A stretch of 64,000 bases of DNA. Source: an uncultured Klebsiella sp. (lineage in GTDB: Bacteria > Verrucomicrobiota > Verrucomicrobiia > Limisphaerales > SXTU01). Numbering within the stretch: position 1 is the first letter of the stretch; each line of letters starts with the position of its first letter. The notes under the pieces are model-generated. The model had not been told where the DNA came from and searched no databases. It saw only the letters and a list, made by a program, of their open reading frames with translations. The translations under genes were made by a program, and so were the position numbers. The stretch spans positions 61,861-125,860 of the forward strand of contig CAZCBE010000002.1 in the NCBI GenBank assembly GCA_964496695.1, given 5' to 3'. Below, in pieces: positions 51,124-60,499 of the stretch.

Positions 51124-51891
51124 ATGAACCTCACAATGGGTAGTGAGATGGCGGCACTTTACAAAAGTGCCGCCCAGCGCGCCCGCGTTGTGACTGAGTC
51201 ATGGGGGGAACACAATCTATATTGCCCGAACTGTCCTTCACCGAAACTGTCTCGACTAAGCCATAACGCCAAAGCGAACGACTTCGCCTGTCCCGACTGC
51301 AAATTCTGGTATCAGCTCAAAGGTCAACAATCGCGAATTGGGAACTCGGTCCCGGATGGGGCATACCAAACTATGCTGGACGCGATTCGAGAGGGCGAGA
51401 CGCCGAATTTTTACTTCATGCACTATGATCTCGCGACATGGAGTATAAAGAACTTACTGCTGGTTCCGCATTTCGCCTTTCCACCTTCAGCCATTATCTA
51501 GCGTAAACCGCTCGCTGTTACGGCGCGCCGTGCCGGCTGGATTGGTTGCAACATTGCGTTGAACCATATACCTGTTGAAGCGCGAATTGTCGTTGTAGCG
51601 GAAAGCAAGGTTCTGCCGGAGGATGAAGTGCGCGCACAGTTCCGGCGCGTGAAGCCGCTCGGTGAAATCAAGGCCAAGGAACGAAGCTGGACACTCGATG
51701 TGTTGAACGCAATTCGCACGCTTTGCAAAGTGGAATTCACCAATGACGACGCATATACACTCGTCCCCCACTTGGCGAAATTGCATCCCGGTAACCGTCA
51801 TGTTCGCGATAAGATTCGCCAGCGACTTCAAGTCCTCCGGGATGCAGGCCTGTTAACTCATGTGGGGCGCGGCCAATGGCGGCTTCCATGA
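51124..51891 (+). pseudogene. DpnI-family (Dam-replacing/DpnI, PF06044-like) methyl-directed restriction endonuclease interrupted by one in-frame TAG
   Basis: ORFs 51124-51501 and 51559-51891 share a frame. Joined across TAG 51499-51501 they give 255 codons colinear with DpnI: YKSAAQRARVVTESW, YCPNC, DFACPDC, DGAYQTM, PNFYFM, II*RKPLAVTARRAGWIGCNIAL, KIRQRLQVLRDAG. Confidence 0.85.
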
Positions 51892-52355
51892 ATTCATCTG
51901 GGAATCGGCGTGGAGTTCTCGCACCCGGAGAGGTAAGGTCGGCCCCCGGCCTGGGCAGGGCGCGATTCGCACGAAAGAGGAGACCCTCATGAACCTGCGG
52001 GAACCAAGATTCTTTGAGGGCGTCGGATGCAATCCCTTCGGGCATATGCCTTCGGCGCGGATTTCTGGTCCCGCCGCTTGGGATGCGGCTTTGTTCGCTG
52101 AAGGCTTGCGCCGCGACGATTCAGGCATCCGGTGGGATCGATCCCTTATTTCTGCGGGGGATCAAGAGCGGTTTTGCTGTTTCGCGATGGGATCACGAGC
52201 GTCCAGGCACATTTCCGACGGTTTGCGCACTCGTGCGTCTGTTAAGACTGTGTGACAGCCAAATTGTTTGAGGTCATGGAAGATGGTTTTCCTACGAAAA
52301 CAGGCCGTTTTTGCGGGTCCCTCGGCCTTCCCGGTAAAAAAGTTTCTAAAAGGTG

Positions 52356-52383
52356 TTGCACGGAAAATGCATCCTGCTATTTT
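52356..52383 (+). promoter_or_regulatory. candidate S10-operon promoter (TTGCAC-N16-TATTTT)
   Basis: Hexamers at 52356-52361 and 52378-52383, preceded by the A/T-rich GGTAAAAAAGTTTCTAAAAGG. Confidence 0.4.
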
Positions 52384-52507
52384 GCCCGCCCTTTCGTCGG
52401 GTGAACACGGCGAGGGTAAAACGAAAAACACAGTGACTTGCAGTCAGACAATTCGTGAATTGAAGAGCGCGCTGGGCCGACTCGTGGAGTCGGCGTGGGT
52501 GCGCGAG

Positions 52508-52532
52508 GGCGCGGACCGCGCCTAGGTTTTTT
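52508..52532 (+). terminator. terminator-like hairpin plus T6 in the S10 leader (candidate attenuator)
   Basis: GGCGCG gac CGCGCC (52508-52522), then TAGG and TTTTTT (52527-52532), 17 nt before the rpsJ ATG. The upstream hairpin GCCGACTC gtg GAGTCGGC is also present. Confidence 0.45.
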
Positions 52533-52548
52533 AACACTTGTTCTTTGT

Positions 52549-52857
52549 ATGGCTGGACAACGCATTCGCATTCGCCTCAAGGCTTACGACCACCGGGTCA
52601 TCGACCAGTCGGCCCACGACATCGTCGAGACGGTCAAGCGCAGCGGCGCCAAGGTCGCCGGCCCGATCCCCCTTCCCACCCGCATCGAGCGCCTCACGGT
52701 GCTCCGCTCTCCCCACGCCGACAAGAAATCGCAGGAAACGTTTGAGCAGCGCACGCACAAGCGACTGCTGGACATCCTCGACCCCACGGCCAAGACCGTG
52801 GACGAGTTGAAAAAGCTCAACCTCCCGGCGGGGGTTGACATCACCATTAAGATCTAA
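52549..52857 (+). CDS. rpsJ: 30S ribosomal protein S10
   Basis: Start at ATG 52549. [44 protein letters not shown]... Confidence 0.97.
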   Translation: MAGQRIRIRLKAYDHRVIDQSAHDIVETVKRSGAKVAGPIPLPTRIERLTVLRSPHADKKSQETFEQRTHKRLLDILDPTAKTVDELKKLNLPAGVDITIKI

Positions 52858-52863
52858 CTTCCT

Positions 52864-53592
52864 ATGATTGGCTTGCTCGGAAAAAAACTCGGCCACACGC
52901 GCGTCTATGACGCCAGCGGGAATGCCATCGCCGTGACGGTGGTGCTCGCCGGGCCGAACCGCGTCCTCCAGGTCAAGGCCAAGGAGGGCAAGGACGGCTA
53001 CAATGCGGTGCAGCTCGGTTTCGACGACCAGAAGGCGCAGCGCCTGTCGAAGGCCGAACTCGGGCACATCACCAAGCACAAGGGCGCGCCGGTGAAGCGC
53101 ATCAAGGAATTCCGCGACTTCACCCTGACGGTCAAGCCGGGTGACGTGGTCGGACCGGATATTTTCGCCGTCGGTGACTTCGTGGATGCCATCGGCACCA
53201 CCAAGGGCCGCGGCTTCGAGGGTGTCGTGGCCCGCTGGGCGTTCGCCGGTGGCGACGCCACGCACGGCTGCAAAGGCTGGAAACGCCGCTCGGGCGCCAT
53301 CGGCCAGCGCCTCTTCCCCGGCACAGTCATGCGGGGCATGAAGATGCCCGGTCACATGGGCCAGCAGCGCCGCACCACGCAGAACCTGGAAGTCATCCAG
53401 GTGCGCAAGGACGACAACCTGCTGCTCATCAAGGGCTCGATTCCCGGCTCCGAGGGCGATTACGTCGTCATCCGCGAAGCCAAGAAGTATCCGATCGTGC
53501 AGGCCCGCAAGGACCGCGAGGAAGCGGCCAAGAAGGCCAAGGAACGCGCCGAGGCAGACGCCAAGGGCAAGAAGGACGCCAAGAAGAAGTAA
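52864..53592 (+). CDS. rplC: 50S ribosomal protein L3 (Lys/Glu-rich C-terminal extension)
   Basis: 242 aa. MIGLLGKKLGHTRVYD..., TKGRGFEGVVARW..., PGHMGQQRRTTQNLEV. Confidence 0.97.
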   Translation: MIGLLGKKLGHTRVYDASGNAIAVTVVLAGPNRVLQVKAKEGKDGYNAVQLGFDDQKAQRLSKAELGHITKHKGAPVKRIKEFRDFTLTVKPGDVVGPDIFAVGDFVDAIGTTKGRGFEGVVARWAFAGGDATHGCKGWKRRSGAIGQRLFPGTVMRGMKMPGHMGQQRRTTQNLEVIQVRKDDNLLLIKGSIPGSEGDYVVIREAKKYPIVQARKDREEAAKKAKERAEADAKGKKDAKKK

Positions 53593-53595
53593 GCC

Positions 53596-54222
53596 ATGAA
53601 ACTTCCCATTTTGGACAACAAGGGCAACAGCCAGGGCGAGGTCGAGGTCGGCTTCGACCTGATCGAGAACGGTCGCGGCACCCAGGCGGTGCATGATGCC
53701 GTGGTCGCTTACAACGCGGCGCAGCGCAGCGGCACGGCGTGTGCGAAGACGGTCGGCGAAGTGTCCGGCACGAACAAGAAGCCGTGGCGTCAGAAGGGCA
53801 CCGGCCGCGCCCGCGCTGGTTCCACCCAGTCTCCCCTGTGGCCTGGTGGCGGCGTGGTCTTCGGCCCGCGTCCCCGTGATTTCCGCAAGAAGGTCAACAA
53901 GAAGGTCCGCGCGCTGGCGCTCCGCAAGGCGCTGAGCGAACGGCTCAAGGCGGGCGATGTGCTCGTGGTGGACGACTTCAAGCTGGCCACGCACAAGACC
54001 AAGGAATTCCTCGGCCTGCTCGACACCCTCAAGGTGACGGACGGCACGGTGCTCCTGGTTTCTTCGGAAGACACGAACCTCACCCGGGCCTCACGCAACA
54101 TTTCCTACGTGGAACTGACCAGCGGCGAGAAGCTCAACACTTACGACACGCTGCTCTGCGACAAGCTCGTCTTCACCAAGGCCGCCTTGGAGAAGGTCGC
54201 GCTCCGGCTCTCCGACAAGTAA
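53596..54222 (+). CDS. rplD: 50S ribosomal protein L4
   Basis: 208 aa. ...KKPWRQKGTGRARAGSTQSPLWPGGGVVFGPRPRDF... Confidence 0.97.
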   Translation: MKLPILDNKGNSQGEVEVGFDLIENGRGTQAVHDAVVAYNAAQRSGTACAKTVGEVSGTNKKPWRQKGTGRARAGSTQSPLWPGGGVVFGPRPRDFRKKVNKKVRALALRKALSERLKAGDVLVVDDFKLATHKTKEFLGLLDTLKVTDGTVLLVSSEDTNLTRASRNISYVELTSGEKLNTYDTLLCDKLVFTKAALEKVALRLSDK

Positions 54223-54227
54223 CCGCC

Positions 54228-54509
54228 ATGAATTCCTTCGACATCATCAAGACGGTGCGTATCAGCGAGAAGGGCGCGATGCAGGCCGAGAAGTTCAATC
54301 AATACACCGTGGTGGCCGACCGCCGCGCGAACAAGATTGAGATCCGCAAGGCCGTGGAAGAGCTCTTCAAGGTCAAGGTCGTCGCGGTGAACACCTCGAA
54401 CGTCCGGGGCAAGGCCCGCCGCCAGAGCACCAAGCACGCCGGCCGCGACGTGAATTGGAAAAAGGCCGTCATCACTCTCAAAGAGGGTGAAAAAATCAAC
54501 CTCACCTAA
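54228..54509 (+). CDS. rplW: 50S ribosomal protein L23
   Basis: 93 aa. ...NQYTVVADRRANKIEIRKAVEELFKVKVVAVNT... Confidence 0.95.
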   Translation: MNSFDIIKTVRISEKGAMQAEKFNQYTVVADRRANKIEIRKAVEELFKVKVVAVNTSNVRGKARRQSTKHAGRDVNWKKAVITLKEGEKINLT

Positions 54510-54518
54510 TCTCCCGCC

Positions 54519-55373
54519 ATGCCCGTCAAAACTTTTCGTCCGCTGACGCCGTCCACGAGATACATCACGATCTCGGACTACAGCGACATCACCAAGTCGA
54601 AGCCTGAGAAGAGCCTCGTCATCATTCGCAAGAAGACGGGCGGCCGCAACACCCATGGGCGCGTGACTGCACGCGGCATCGGTGGCGGACACAAGCAGAA
54701 GATCCGCCTGGTTGATTTCCGTCGGAACAAGCATGGCATCGAGGCGGAAGTCTCGGCCATCGAGTATGATCCGATCCGCACCGCCCGTTTGGCGCTGCTC
54801 ACTTACAAGGACGGCGACAAGCGCTACATCGTTGCGCCCGTCGGCCTGCAGGTCGGTGCCAAGGTGGTTTCCGGCCCGACCGCTCCGCCTGACCTGGGCA
54901 ACAGCGTGCTGCTGAAGAACGTGCCGGTGGGCCTGCCCATCCACGCGATTGAGATCATGCCGGGCAAGGGCGCGCAGATCGTGCGCTCCGCCGGTTCCGC
55001 TGCCACGCTGATGTCCGTGGACGAGGGTTACGCCCAGATCCGCCTGCCGTCCGGTGAAATCCGCCGGATCAACGAGAACTGCTACGCGACCATCGGCCAG
55101 GTGGGCAACACCGAGCACGAGAAGGTCGTCCTCGGCAAGGCCGGCCGGAGCCGCCATCGCGGCATCCGCCCGATCAGCCGCGGTGTGGCGCGCAACCCGG
55201 TGGACCACCCGAACGGTGGCGGCCAGGGCAAGTCGAAGTCCGGCGGTGGCTGGCAGCAGCTCACCTCACCGTGGGGTCTGCTGGCCAAGGGCTATCGCAC
55301 CCGTGTCAAGACGAAGGATTCCAACCGGTTTATCGTGGTCCGCCGTGATGGCCGCCCAATGAAGCAACAGTAA
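54519..55373 (+). CDS. rplB: 50S ribosomal protein L2
   Basis: 284 aa. ...GGRNTHGRVTARGIGGGHKQKIRLVDF..., RGVARNPVDHPNGGGQGK. Confidence 0.98.
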   Translation: MPVKTFRPLTPSTRYITISDYSDITKSKPEKSLVIIRKKTGGRNTHGRVTARGIGGGHKQKIRLVDFRRNKHGIEAEVSAIEYDPIRTARLALLTYKDGDKRYIVAPVGLQVGAKVVSGPTAPPDLGNSVLLKNVPVGLPIHAIEIMPGKGAQIVRSAGSAATLMSVDEGYAQIRLPSGEIRRINENCYATIGQVGNTEHEKVVLGKAGRSRHRGIRPISRGVARNPVDHPNGGGQGKSKSGGGWQQLTSPWGLLAKGYRTRVKTKDSNRFIVVRRDGRPMKQQ

Positions 55374-55379
55374 ACGACT

Positions 55380-55661
55380 ATGGGACGTTCAATCAAAAAA
55401 GGCGCCTTCGTGGAGGCGAGTCTTCAGGACAAGATCGTGAAGGCCAAGGCAGCGAACATGAAGACCCCGATCAAGACGTGGTCCCGTCGTTCGACCATCA
55501 CGCCCGAGTTCATCGGGCTGACTTTCAACGTGCACAACGGAAAACAATTTCTGCCGGTGTTCGTGACGGAGAACATGGTCGGGCACAAGCTCGGCGAGTT
55601 CTCGCTCACCCGCATCTTCAAGAAGCATGGCGCTCACACCGCCAAGGCGGAGGCCAAGTAG
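55380..55661 (+). CDS. rpsS: 30S ribosomal protein S19
   Basis: 93 aa. [11 protein letters not shown]..., [42 protein letters not shown]. Confidence 0.97.
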   Translation: MGRSIKKGAFVEASLQDKIVKAKAANMKTPIKTWSRRSTITPEFIGLTFNVHNGKQFLPVFVTENMVGHKLGEFSLTRIFKKHGAHTAKAEAK

Positions 55662-55662
55662 T

Positions 55663-55998
55663 ATGGAAGTCCAAGCCTTTCTCAAGAATTTCCGGATGTC
55701 GCCCCAGAAGGTGCGCGAAGTCGTGCGCCAGATCCAAGGGCTCCCGGCGCTCCAGGCCAAGCATGTCCTGGCTGTCATCCCCCGCAAGTCCGCGCGGGCG
55801 GTGGCCAAGACGCTGGACTCGGCCATTGCCAATGCCGAGAACAACAACGGCCTGAAGGCCGAGAACCTCGTCGTGCGCGAGGCGCTGGCGCTCACCGCCG
55901 GCCGCTTGAAGCGCTTCACGCCGAAGGCGCGCGGTTCGGCCGGCCCGATCATCAAGCGGAACAGCCACATCAAAATCATCCTTTCCGACCTGCAATAG
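55663..55998 (+). CDS. rplV: 50S ribosomal protein L22
   Basis: Start at ATG 55663. [26 protein letters not shown]..., [24 protein letters not shown]. Confidence 0.95.
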   Translation: MEVQAFLKNFRMSPQKVREVVRQIQGLPALQAKHVLAVIPRKSARAVAKTLDSAIANAENNNGLKAENLVVREALALTAGRLKRFTPKARGSAGPIIKRNSHIKIILSDLQ

Positions 55999-55999
55999 T

Positions 56000-56686
56000 A
56001 TGGGCCAAAAATCCAATCCCATCGGCCTTCGCGTCGCGGTCAACAAGGACTGGCGCTCGAAGTGGTATTCCGACAAAAAGGGCTTCGGCACGCTGCTGAC
56101 CGAAGACTACAAGATTCGCGCGATTCTGAAGAAGAAGCTCGAGTCCGCCTCCGTGCCGCGCATCGGCATCGAGCGCGCCGCGAACCGCTGCCGCATCACC
56201 ATCTATACGGCTCGTCCGGGGGTCGTGATCGGCCGCAAGGGCGCGGAGATTGACAAGCTCAAGGAAGAGCTGAGCAAGATGACGGGCAAGGAAGTTTACG
56301 TGGACATCATCGAGGTGAAGTCCCCGGAGTCCGACGCCCAGCTCGTCGCGGAAAACATCGCGCTGCAGTTGGAGCGCCGGGTTTCCTTCCGCCGCGCGAT
56401 GAAGAAGGCCGTGCAGACGGCCATGCAGATGTCGGGCGTGCAGGGCATCCGTGTCCGCTGCGCCGGCCGGCTCGGCGGCGCGGAAATCGCCCGCGTGGAG
56501 AAGTATCTCGAAGGCAGCGTCCCGCTGCACACGCTGCGCGCGAACATTGATTACGGCTTTGCGGAAGCGAAGACGGTTTACGGCAAGCTCGGCGTGAAGT
56601 GCTGGATTTGCAAAGATGAGCCGAAGGACAAGGACGTGAAACCGTCCGCTCCGGCCCCGTCTTCGGCCCCGGTCAACGGCAATTAA
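56000..56686 (+). CDS. rpsC: 30S ribosomal protein S3
   Basis: 228 aa. [23 protein letters not shown]..., KH domain, [10 protein letters not shown]. Confidence 0.97.
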   Translation: MGQKSNPIGLRVAVNKDWRSKWYSDKKGFGTLLTEDYKIRAILKKKLESASVPRIGIERAANRCRITIYTARPGVVIGRKGAEIDKLKEELSKMTGKEVYVDIIEVKSPESDAQLVAENIALQLERRVSFRRAMKKAVQTAMQMSGVQGIRVRCAGRLGGAEIARVEKYLEGSVPLHTLRANIDYGFAEAKTVYGKLGVKCWICKDEPKDKDVKPSAPAPSSAPVNGN

Positions 56687-56707
56687 CTTTCAGACTTAGG
56701 ACTCGCT

Positions 56708-57127
56708 ATGGCAATGATGCCCGCAAGAGTGAAGTATCGCAAAATGCACCGTGGTGCGCGGCGTGGCCTGGCCACGCGCGGCAACACCGTGGCCTTTGGC
56801 GAGTATGGCCTGATGGCGCTGGAGCGCTGCTGGCTCGACAACAAGGTCATCGAGGCCTGCCGTGTGGCGATTTCCCGGCACATGAAGCGCCGCGGCAAGA
56901 TGTGGATCCGGGTGTTTCCGGACAAGTCGTTCACGAAGAAGCCCCTGGAAGTGCGAATGGGCACCGGCAAGGGCGGCGTCGAGGGCTGGGTGGCGGTCAT
57001 CCGCCCGGCGAACGTGTTGTTTGAAGTGGACGGCATCCCCGAGGTGATGGCCCGCGAGGCCATGCGCCTGGCGGCCACCAAGATGCCCATCAAGACGAAA
57101 TTCATCGCGCGTCACGCGCACGCCTGA
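56708..57127 (+). CDS. rplP: 50S ribosomal protein L16
   Basis: 139 aa. [13 protein letters not shown]..., [24 protein letters not shown]. Confidence 0.97.
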   Translation: MAMMPARVKYRKMHRGARRGLATRGNTVAFGEYGLMALERCWLDNKVIEACRVAISRHMKRRGKMWIRVFPDKSFTKKPLEVRMGTGKGGVEGWVAVIRPANVLFEVDGIPEVMAREAMRLAATKMPIKTKFIARHAHA

Positions 57128-57129
57128 TC

Positions 57130-57339
57130 ATGAAATTTGCCGAACTGAAAGATATGACGGCGGCCGAGCTGGCCGTCAAGAGCCGCGACCTCCGGCAGGA
57201 ACTGTTCAATCTGCGCCTGCAAAAGGCGACCGCGCAGCTTGAGAAGCCCTCCCGGCTGCGCATTCTCCGCAAGGACATTGCGCGCGTCGAAACCCGCATC
57301 ACCCAGCTCCGCCAGCAAGCGCAACCCAAAGCCGCCTAA
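57130..57339 (+). CDS. rpmC: 50S ribosomal protein L29
   Basis: 69 aa. ...ELAVKSRDLRQELFNLRLQKATAQLEKPSRLRILRKDIARV... Confidence 0.95.
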   Translation: MKFAELKDMTAAELAVKSRDLRQELFNLRLQKATAQLEKPSRLRILRKDIARVETRITQLRQQAQPKAA

Positions 57340-57342
57340 GCT

Positions 57343-57639
57343 ATGTCCGAGACCGCGAACATCATTTCCCGTCACCAACGCAAGGAGCGCACCGGCGAGG
57401 TCGTTTCCAGCAAGATGCAGAAGACGATTGTCGTCAGCGTGAAGCGCCGCTTCCCGCATCCGCAGTTCAAGAAGGTGGTGACCAGCTTCAAGAAATTCTA
57501 CGCGCACGACGAGAAGTCCGAGGCCAAGGTCGGCGACATCGTGCGCATCGAGGAGACCCGTCCCCTCTCCAAGACCAAGCGCTGGCGCCTGGTTGAAATC
57601 GTCGAGCGCGCCCAGGAACAGGCGCAAGTGACCGCCTAA
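57343..57639 (+). CDS. rpsQ: 30S ribosomal protein S17
   Basis: 98 aa. ...[18 protein letters not shown]...[29 protein letters not shown]. Confidence 0.95.
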   Translation: MSETANIISRHQRKERTGEVVSSKMQKTIVVSVKRRFPHPQFKKVVTSFKKFYAHDEKSEAKVGDIVRIEETRPLSKTKRWRLVEIVERAQEQAQVTA

Positions 57640-57651
57640 CCGTCCACGACC

Positions 57652-58017
57652 ATGCTCCAAATCCGTTCCATCTTAGACGTGGCCGACAACACCGGCGCCA
57701 AGCGCGCGGCGATGATCGGTGTCCAGGGCCGCAACCAGACCTACGCCCGCGTCGGTCAGGTGATCAAGTGCCACATCAAGGAGGCCGCTCCCGACGGCAC
57801 CGTGAAAAAGGGCGAGGTTTGCGACGCCGTCGTCGTCCGCACCCGCCAGAGCATCCGCCGCGCGGACGGCTCCTACCTGCGCTTTGACCGCAACGCCATC
57901 GTCATCATTGACGCTGAGAACAACCCCAAGGGGACGCGCATCTTTGGTCCCGTCGCCCGCGAGCTGCGCGACCTGAAGTTCATGAAAATCATTTCGCTCG
58001 CCCCGGAGGTCATCTAG
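57652..58017 (+). CDS. rplN: 50S ribosomal protein L14
   Basis: 121 aa. [24 protein letters not shown]..., [21 protein letters not shown]. Confidence 0.98.
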   Translation: MLQIRSILDVADNTGAKRAAMIGVQGRNQTYARVGQVIKCHIKEAAPDGTVKKGEVCDAVVVRTRQSIRRADGSYLRFDRNAIVIIDAENNPKGTRIFGPVARELRDLKFMKIISLAPEVI

Positions 58018-58019
58018 TT

Positions 58020-58304
58020 ATGCCCAGCAAACTTCATGTGAAACGTGAGGACGAAGTCGTCGTCATCACCGGCAAGGACAAAGGCAAGCGCGGAAAAATC
58101 ACCTCGGTGATCACCAAGCGGGACCGGGTGGTCGTTGAAGGGGTGAACCTTCAGAAGAAGCACGTCCGCAAAAACCAGCAGAACCCCAATGGGTCGATCA
58201 TCGAACGCGAAGGCACCATCCACGTCTCCAACGTGATGCTTGCCAGCAAATTCGACGCCCGTGCCGCCAAACGCGGCCCGGCCCAGCCCGCCCCAGCAGC
58301 CTGA
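58020..58304 (+). CDS. rplX: 50S ribosomal protein L24
   Basis: 94 aa. [24 protein letters not shown] (KOW)... Confidence 0.95.
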   Translation: MPSKLHVKREDEVVVITGKDKGKRGKITSVITKRDRVVVEGVNLQKKHVRKNQQNPNGSIIEREGTIHVSNVMLASKFDARAAKRGPAQPAPAA

Positions 58305-58309
58305 CGCGT

Positions 58310-58852
58310 ATGGAATCACGCCTTTACAAAAAATATCTCGAGGAAGTCCGTCCCGCGCTGCTCGAGAAGCGCAAATACACCAACGTCCACCAGGTGCCGA
58401 AGCTGGAGAAGATCGTCATCAACATGGGCGTAAGCGCCTCGCTCGAAAAGAGCGCCGTGGATGACGCCGCGAAGGACCTGGCTGCCATCACGGGCCGCAA
58501 GCCCGTCATCGCCAAGGCCCGCAAGAGCGTCGCCAACTTCAAGCTGCGCCAGCATCAGCCCTGCGCCTGCTTCGTCACGCTCCGGCGCGACGCGATGTAT
58601 GAGTTTTTCGACCGCCTGGTGGCCACGGCCCTGCCGCGCATCCGTGACTTCCGCGGCATCAGCCCGCGCAAGTTCGACGGCCGGGGCAACTACTCCCTGG
58701 GCATCTCCGACCAGACGATCTTCCCGGAGATTGATCTGGACAAGATCAAGCGCCAGCAGGGCATGGACATCACCATCGTCACCTCGGCGCCCACCAACGA
58801 CGAGGCCCGCGACCTGCTCAAGCTGATGGGCATGCCGTTCGCCGAGAAGTAA
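58310..58852 (+). CDS. rplE: 50S ribosomal protein L5
   Basis: 180 aa. ...VPKLEKIVINMGV..., FDGRGNYSLGISDQTIFPEID, GMDITIVT. Confidence 0.97.
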   Translation: MESRLYKKYLEEVRPALLEKRKYTNVHQVPKLEKIVINMGVSASLEKSAVDDAAKDLAAITGRKPVIAKARKSVANFKLRQHQPCACFVTLRRDAMYEFFDRLVATALPRIRDFRGISPRKFDGRGNYSLGISDQTIFPEIDLDKIKRQQGMDITIVTSAPTNDEARDLLKLMGMPFAEK

Positions 58853-58869
58853 TTTAACGAACCAAATTT

Positions 58870-59139
58870 ATGGCCAAGACAGCCTGGTTGGAGCGCGAAA
58901 AGCGCAAACAAAAGACGGTCAAGAAATACGCCGCCAAGCGCGCCGAGCTGAAGGCGAAGAAGGACTACGCCGGCCTTGCGCAGCTTCCGCGCAATGCCTC
59001 GCCTGTCCGCCTGACAAACCGCTGCGCCGTCACCGGCCGCCGCCACGGTTTTATCCGCAAATTTAGTGTGTCCCGCCTGACGTTCCGCGAACTCGCGCTG
59101 TCCGGCATGATTCCTGGAGTGACGAAAGCGAGCTGGTAA
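58870..59139 (+). CDS. rpsN: 30S ribosomal protein S14 (long, non-zinc form)
   Basis: 89 aa. ...[40 protein letters not shown]. Confidence 0.95.
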   Translation: MAKTAWLEREKRKQKTVKKYAAKRAELKAKKDYAGLAQLPRNASPVRLTNRCAVTGRRHGFIRKFSVSRLTFRELALSGMIPGVTKASW

Positions 59140-59141
59140 AT

Positions 59142-59531
59142 ATGAGCGATCCCATTTCCGACATGTTGACCCGTATCCGCAACGCCGGCAACGCGTTGCT
59201 GCCCGGCGTCGAGATCCCGCACTCCAAGCTGAAGGAGAGCATTGCGCACATCCTCAAGCGCGAGGGCTACATCAGCGATGTCGCCGTCGAGGGCGCCGTG
59301 GCCAAGAAGAAGATCAAGGTCAAGCTCAAGTATCAGGGGCGCAAGAGCGTTATTGACGGGCTGAAGCGCATCAGCACCCCCGGCCTGCGCCGCTATGTCG
59401 GCTCGGACGAAATCCCCCGTGTGCGCAACGGCATGGGCACGGCCATTCTTTCCACGCCCGCCGGCATTCTGACTGGCAACGAGGCCCGCCGCCAAAACGT
59501 CGGTGGCGAGCTGCTCTGCTACATCTGGTAA
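59142..59531 (+). CDS. rpsH: 30S ribosomal protein S8
   Basis: 129 aa. MSDPISDMLTRIRNA..., GELLCYIW. Confidence 0.97.
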   Translation: MSDPISDMLTRIRNAGNALLPGVEIPHSKLKESIAHILKREGYISDVAVEGAVAKKKIKVKLKYQGRKSVIDGLKRISTPGLRRYVGSDEIPRVRNGMGTAILSTPAGILTGNEARRQNVGGELLCYIW

Positions 59532-59543
59532 CTTTTCAAGCAT

Positions 59544-60080
59544 ATGTCACGCATCGGCAAACAGCCCGTCTCCATCCCGGCCAAGGTCAAGGTCGAGGTC
59601 AAGGGAACGAATATTTTTGTGGAAGGCCCCAAGGGCAAGCTCCAGCAGGCCATTCCCGGCCGTGTCACCGCCGCGGTGGACAAGGACCGGATCGTGGTTT
59701 CCCGCCAGGGCGATGACGCCGAGGCCAAGGCCCTGCACGGCCTGACCCGTGCGCTCCTGAACAACATGGTCAAGGGCGTCAGCGAAGGCTACGTCAAGAA
59801 GCTCGAGATTCACGGCGTCGGCTTCAAGGCCTCCGTGAAGGGCAAGCAGGTGGATCTTTCGCTCGGTTTTTCCCACCCCGTCCTGTTCGACATTCCCGAC
59901 CAGATCAAGGTCACGGTTGAGGAAAACACCAAGCTGACCATCGAAGGTCCTGACAAACAAGTCGTCGGTCAGGTGGCGGCCGAGATCCGCAGCTTCTATC
60001 CGCCGGAACCCTACAAGGGCAAGGGCGTCCGCTACGCCGGCGAGCACATCGTCCGCAAGGAAGGCAAGACGGTTCAGTGA
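59544..60080 (+). CDS. rplF: 50S ribosomal protein L6
   Basis: 178 aa. MSRIGKQPVSIPAKVKVEV..., YPPEPYKGKGVRYAGEHIVRKEGK. Confidence 0.97.
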   Translation: MSRIGKQPVSIPAKVKVEVKGTNIFVEGPKGKLQQAIPGRVTAAVDKDRIVVSRQGDDAEAKALHGLTRALLNNMVKGVSEGYVKKLEIHGVGFKASVKGKQVDLSLGFSHPVLFDIPDQIKVTVEENTKLTIEGPDKQVVGQVAAEIRSFYPPEPYKGKGVRYAGEHIVRKEGKTVQ

Positions 60081-60118
60081 TGATTTGAGGCTACGGCTGA
60101 CACCGTGGTCCACCCGCA

Positions 60119-60484
60119 ATGAAAACTCAGAAAAAGCAACAACTTCGCCAGCTTCGTGTCTGGCGCATCCGCAACAAGCTTTCCGGCACGGCGGAACGTC
60201 CCCGCATGAGCGTCCGCTTCACGGGCGAGCACATCTACGTGCAGTTCGTGGACGATGGCGCTGGCGTGACGCTGGCCGCCGCCTCGACCCGCACGAAGGA
60301 TCTGCCCGAGCGCGCGTCCCTCGGCGCGAATGTCAAAAGCGCCGTGATCGTGGGCAAAGCGGCCGCCGAGGCCGCCAAGGCCAAGGGCATCAGCGCCGTG
60401 GTCTTTGACCGCCGTGGCGCCCGGTATCATGGCAAGGTGAAGGCCCTGGCGGATGCCGCCCGGGAAGCCGGGCTCAAATTTTAA
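60119..60484 (+). CDS. rplR: 50S ribosomal protein L18
   Basis: 121 aa. ...[20 protein letters not shown]..., [28 protein letters not shown]. Confidence 0.96.
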   Translation: MKTQKKQQLRQLRVWRIRNKLSGTAERPRMSVRFTGEHIYVQFVDDGAGVTLAAASTRTKDLPERASLGANVKSAVIVGKAAAEAAKAKGISAVVFDRRGARYHGKVKALADAAREAGLKF

Positions 60485-60499
60485 CCGCGAACAGGAGAC

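Noticed and set aside
50494-52196. Possible att-like direct repeats flanking the low-GC island (TGGGATCAC at 50494 and 52188)
   Set aside because: Only a 9-nt identical core is shared, and it belongs to a dispersed repeat family. That is insufficient to call integration sites.
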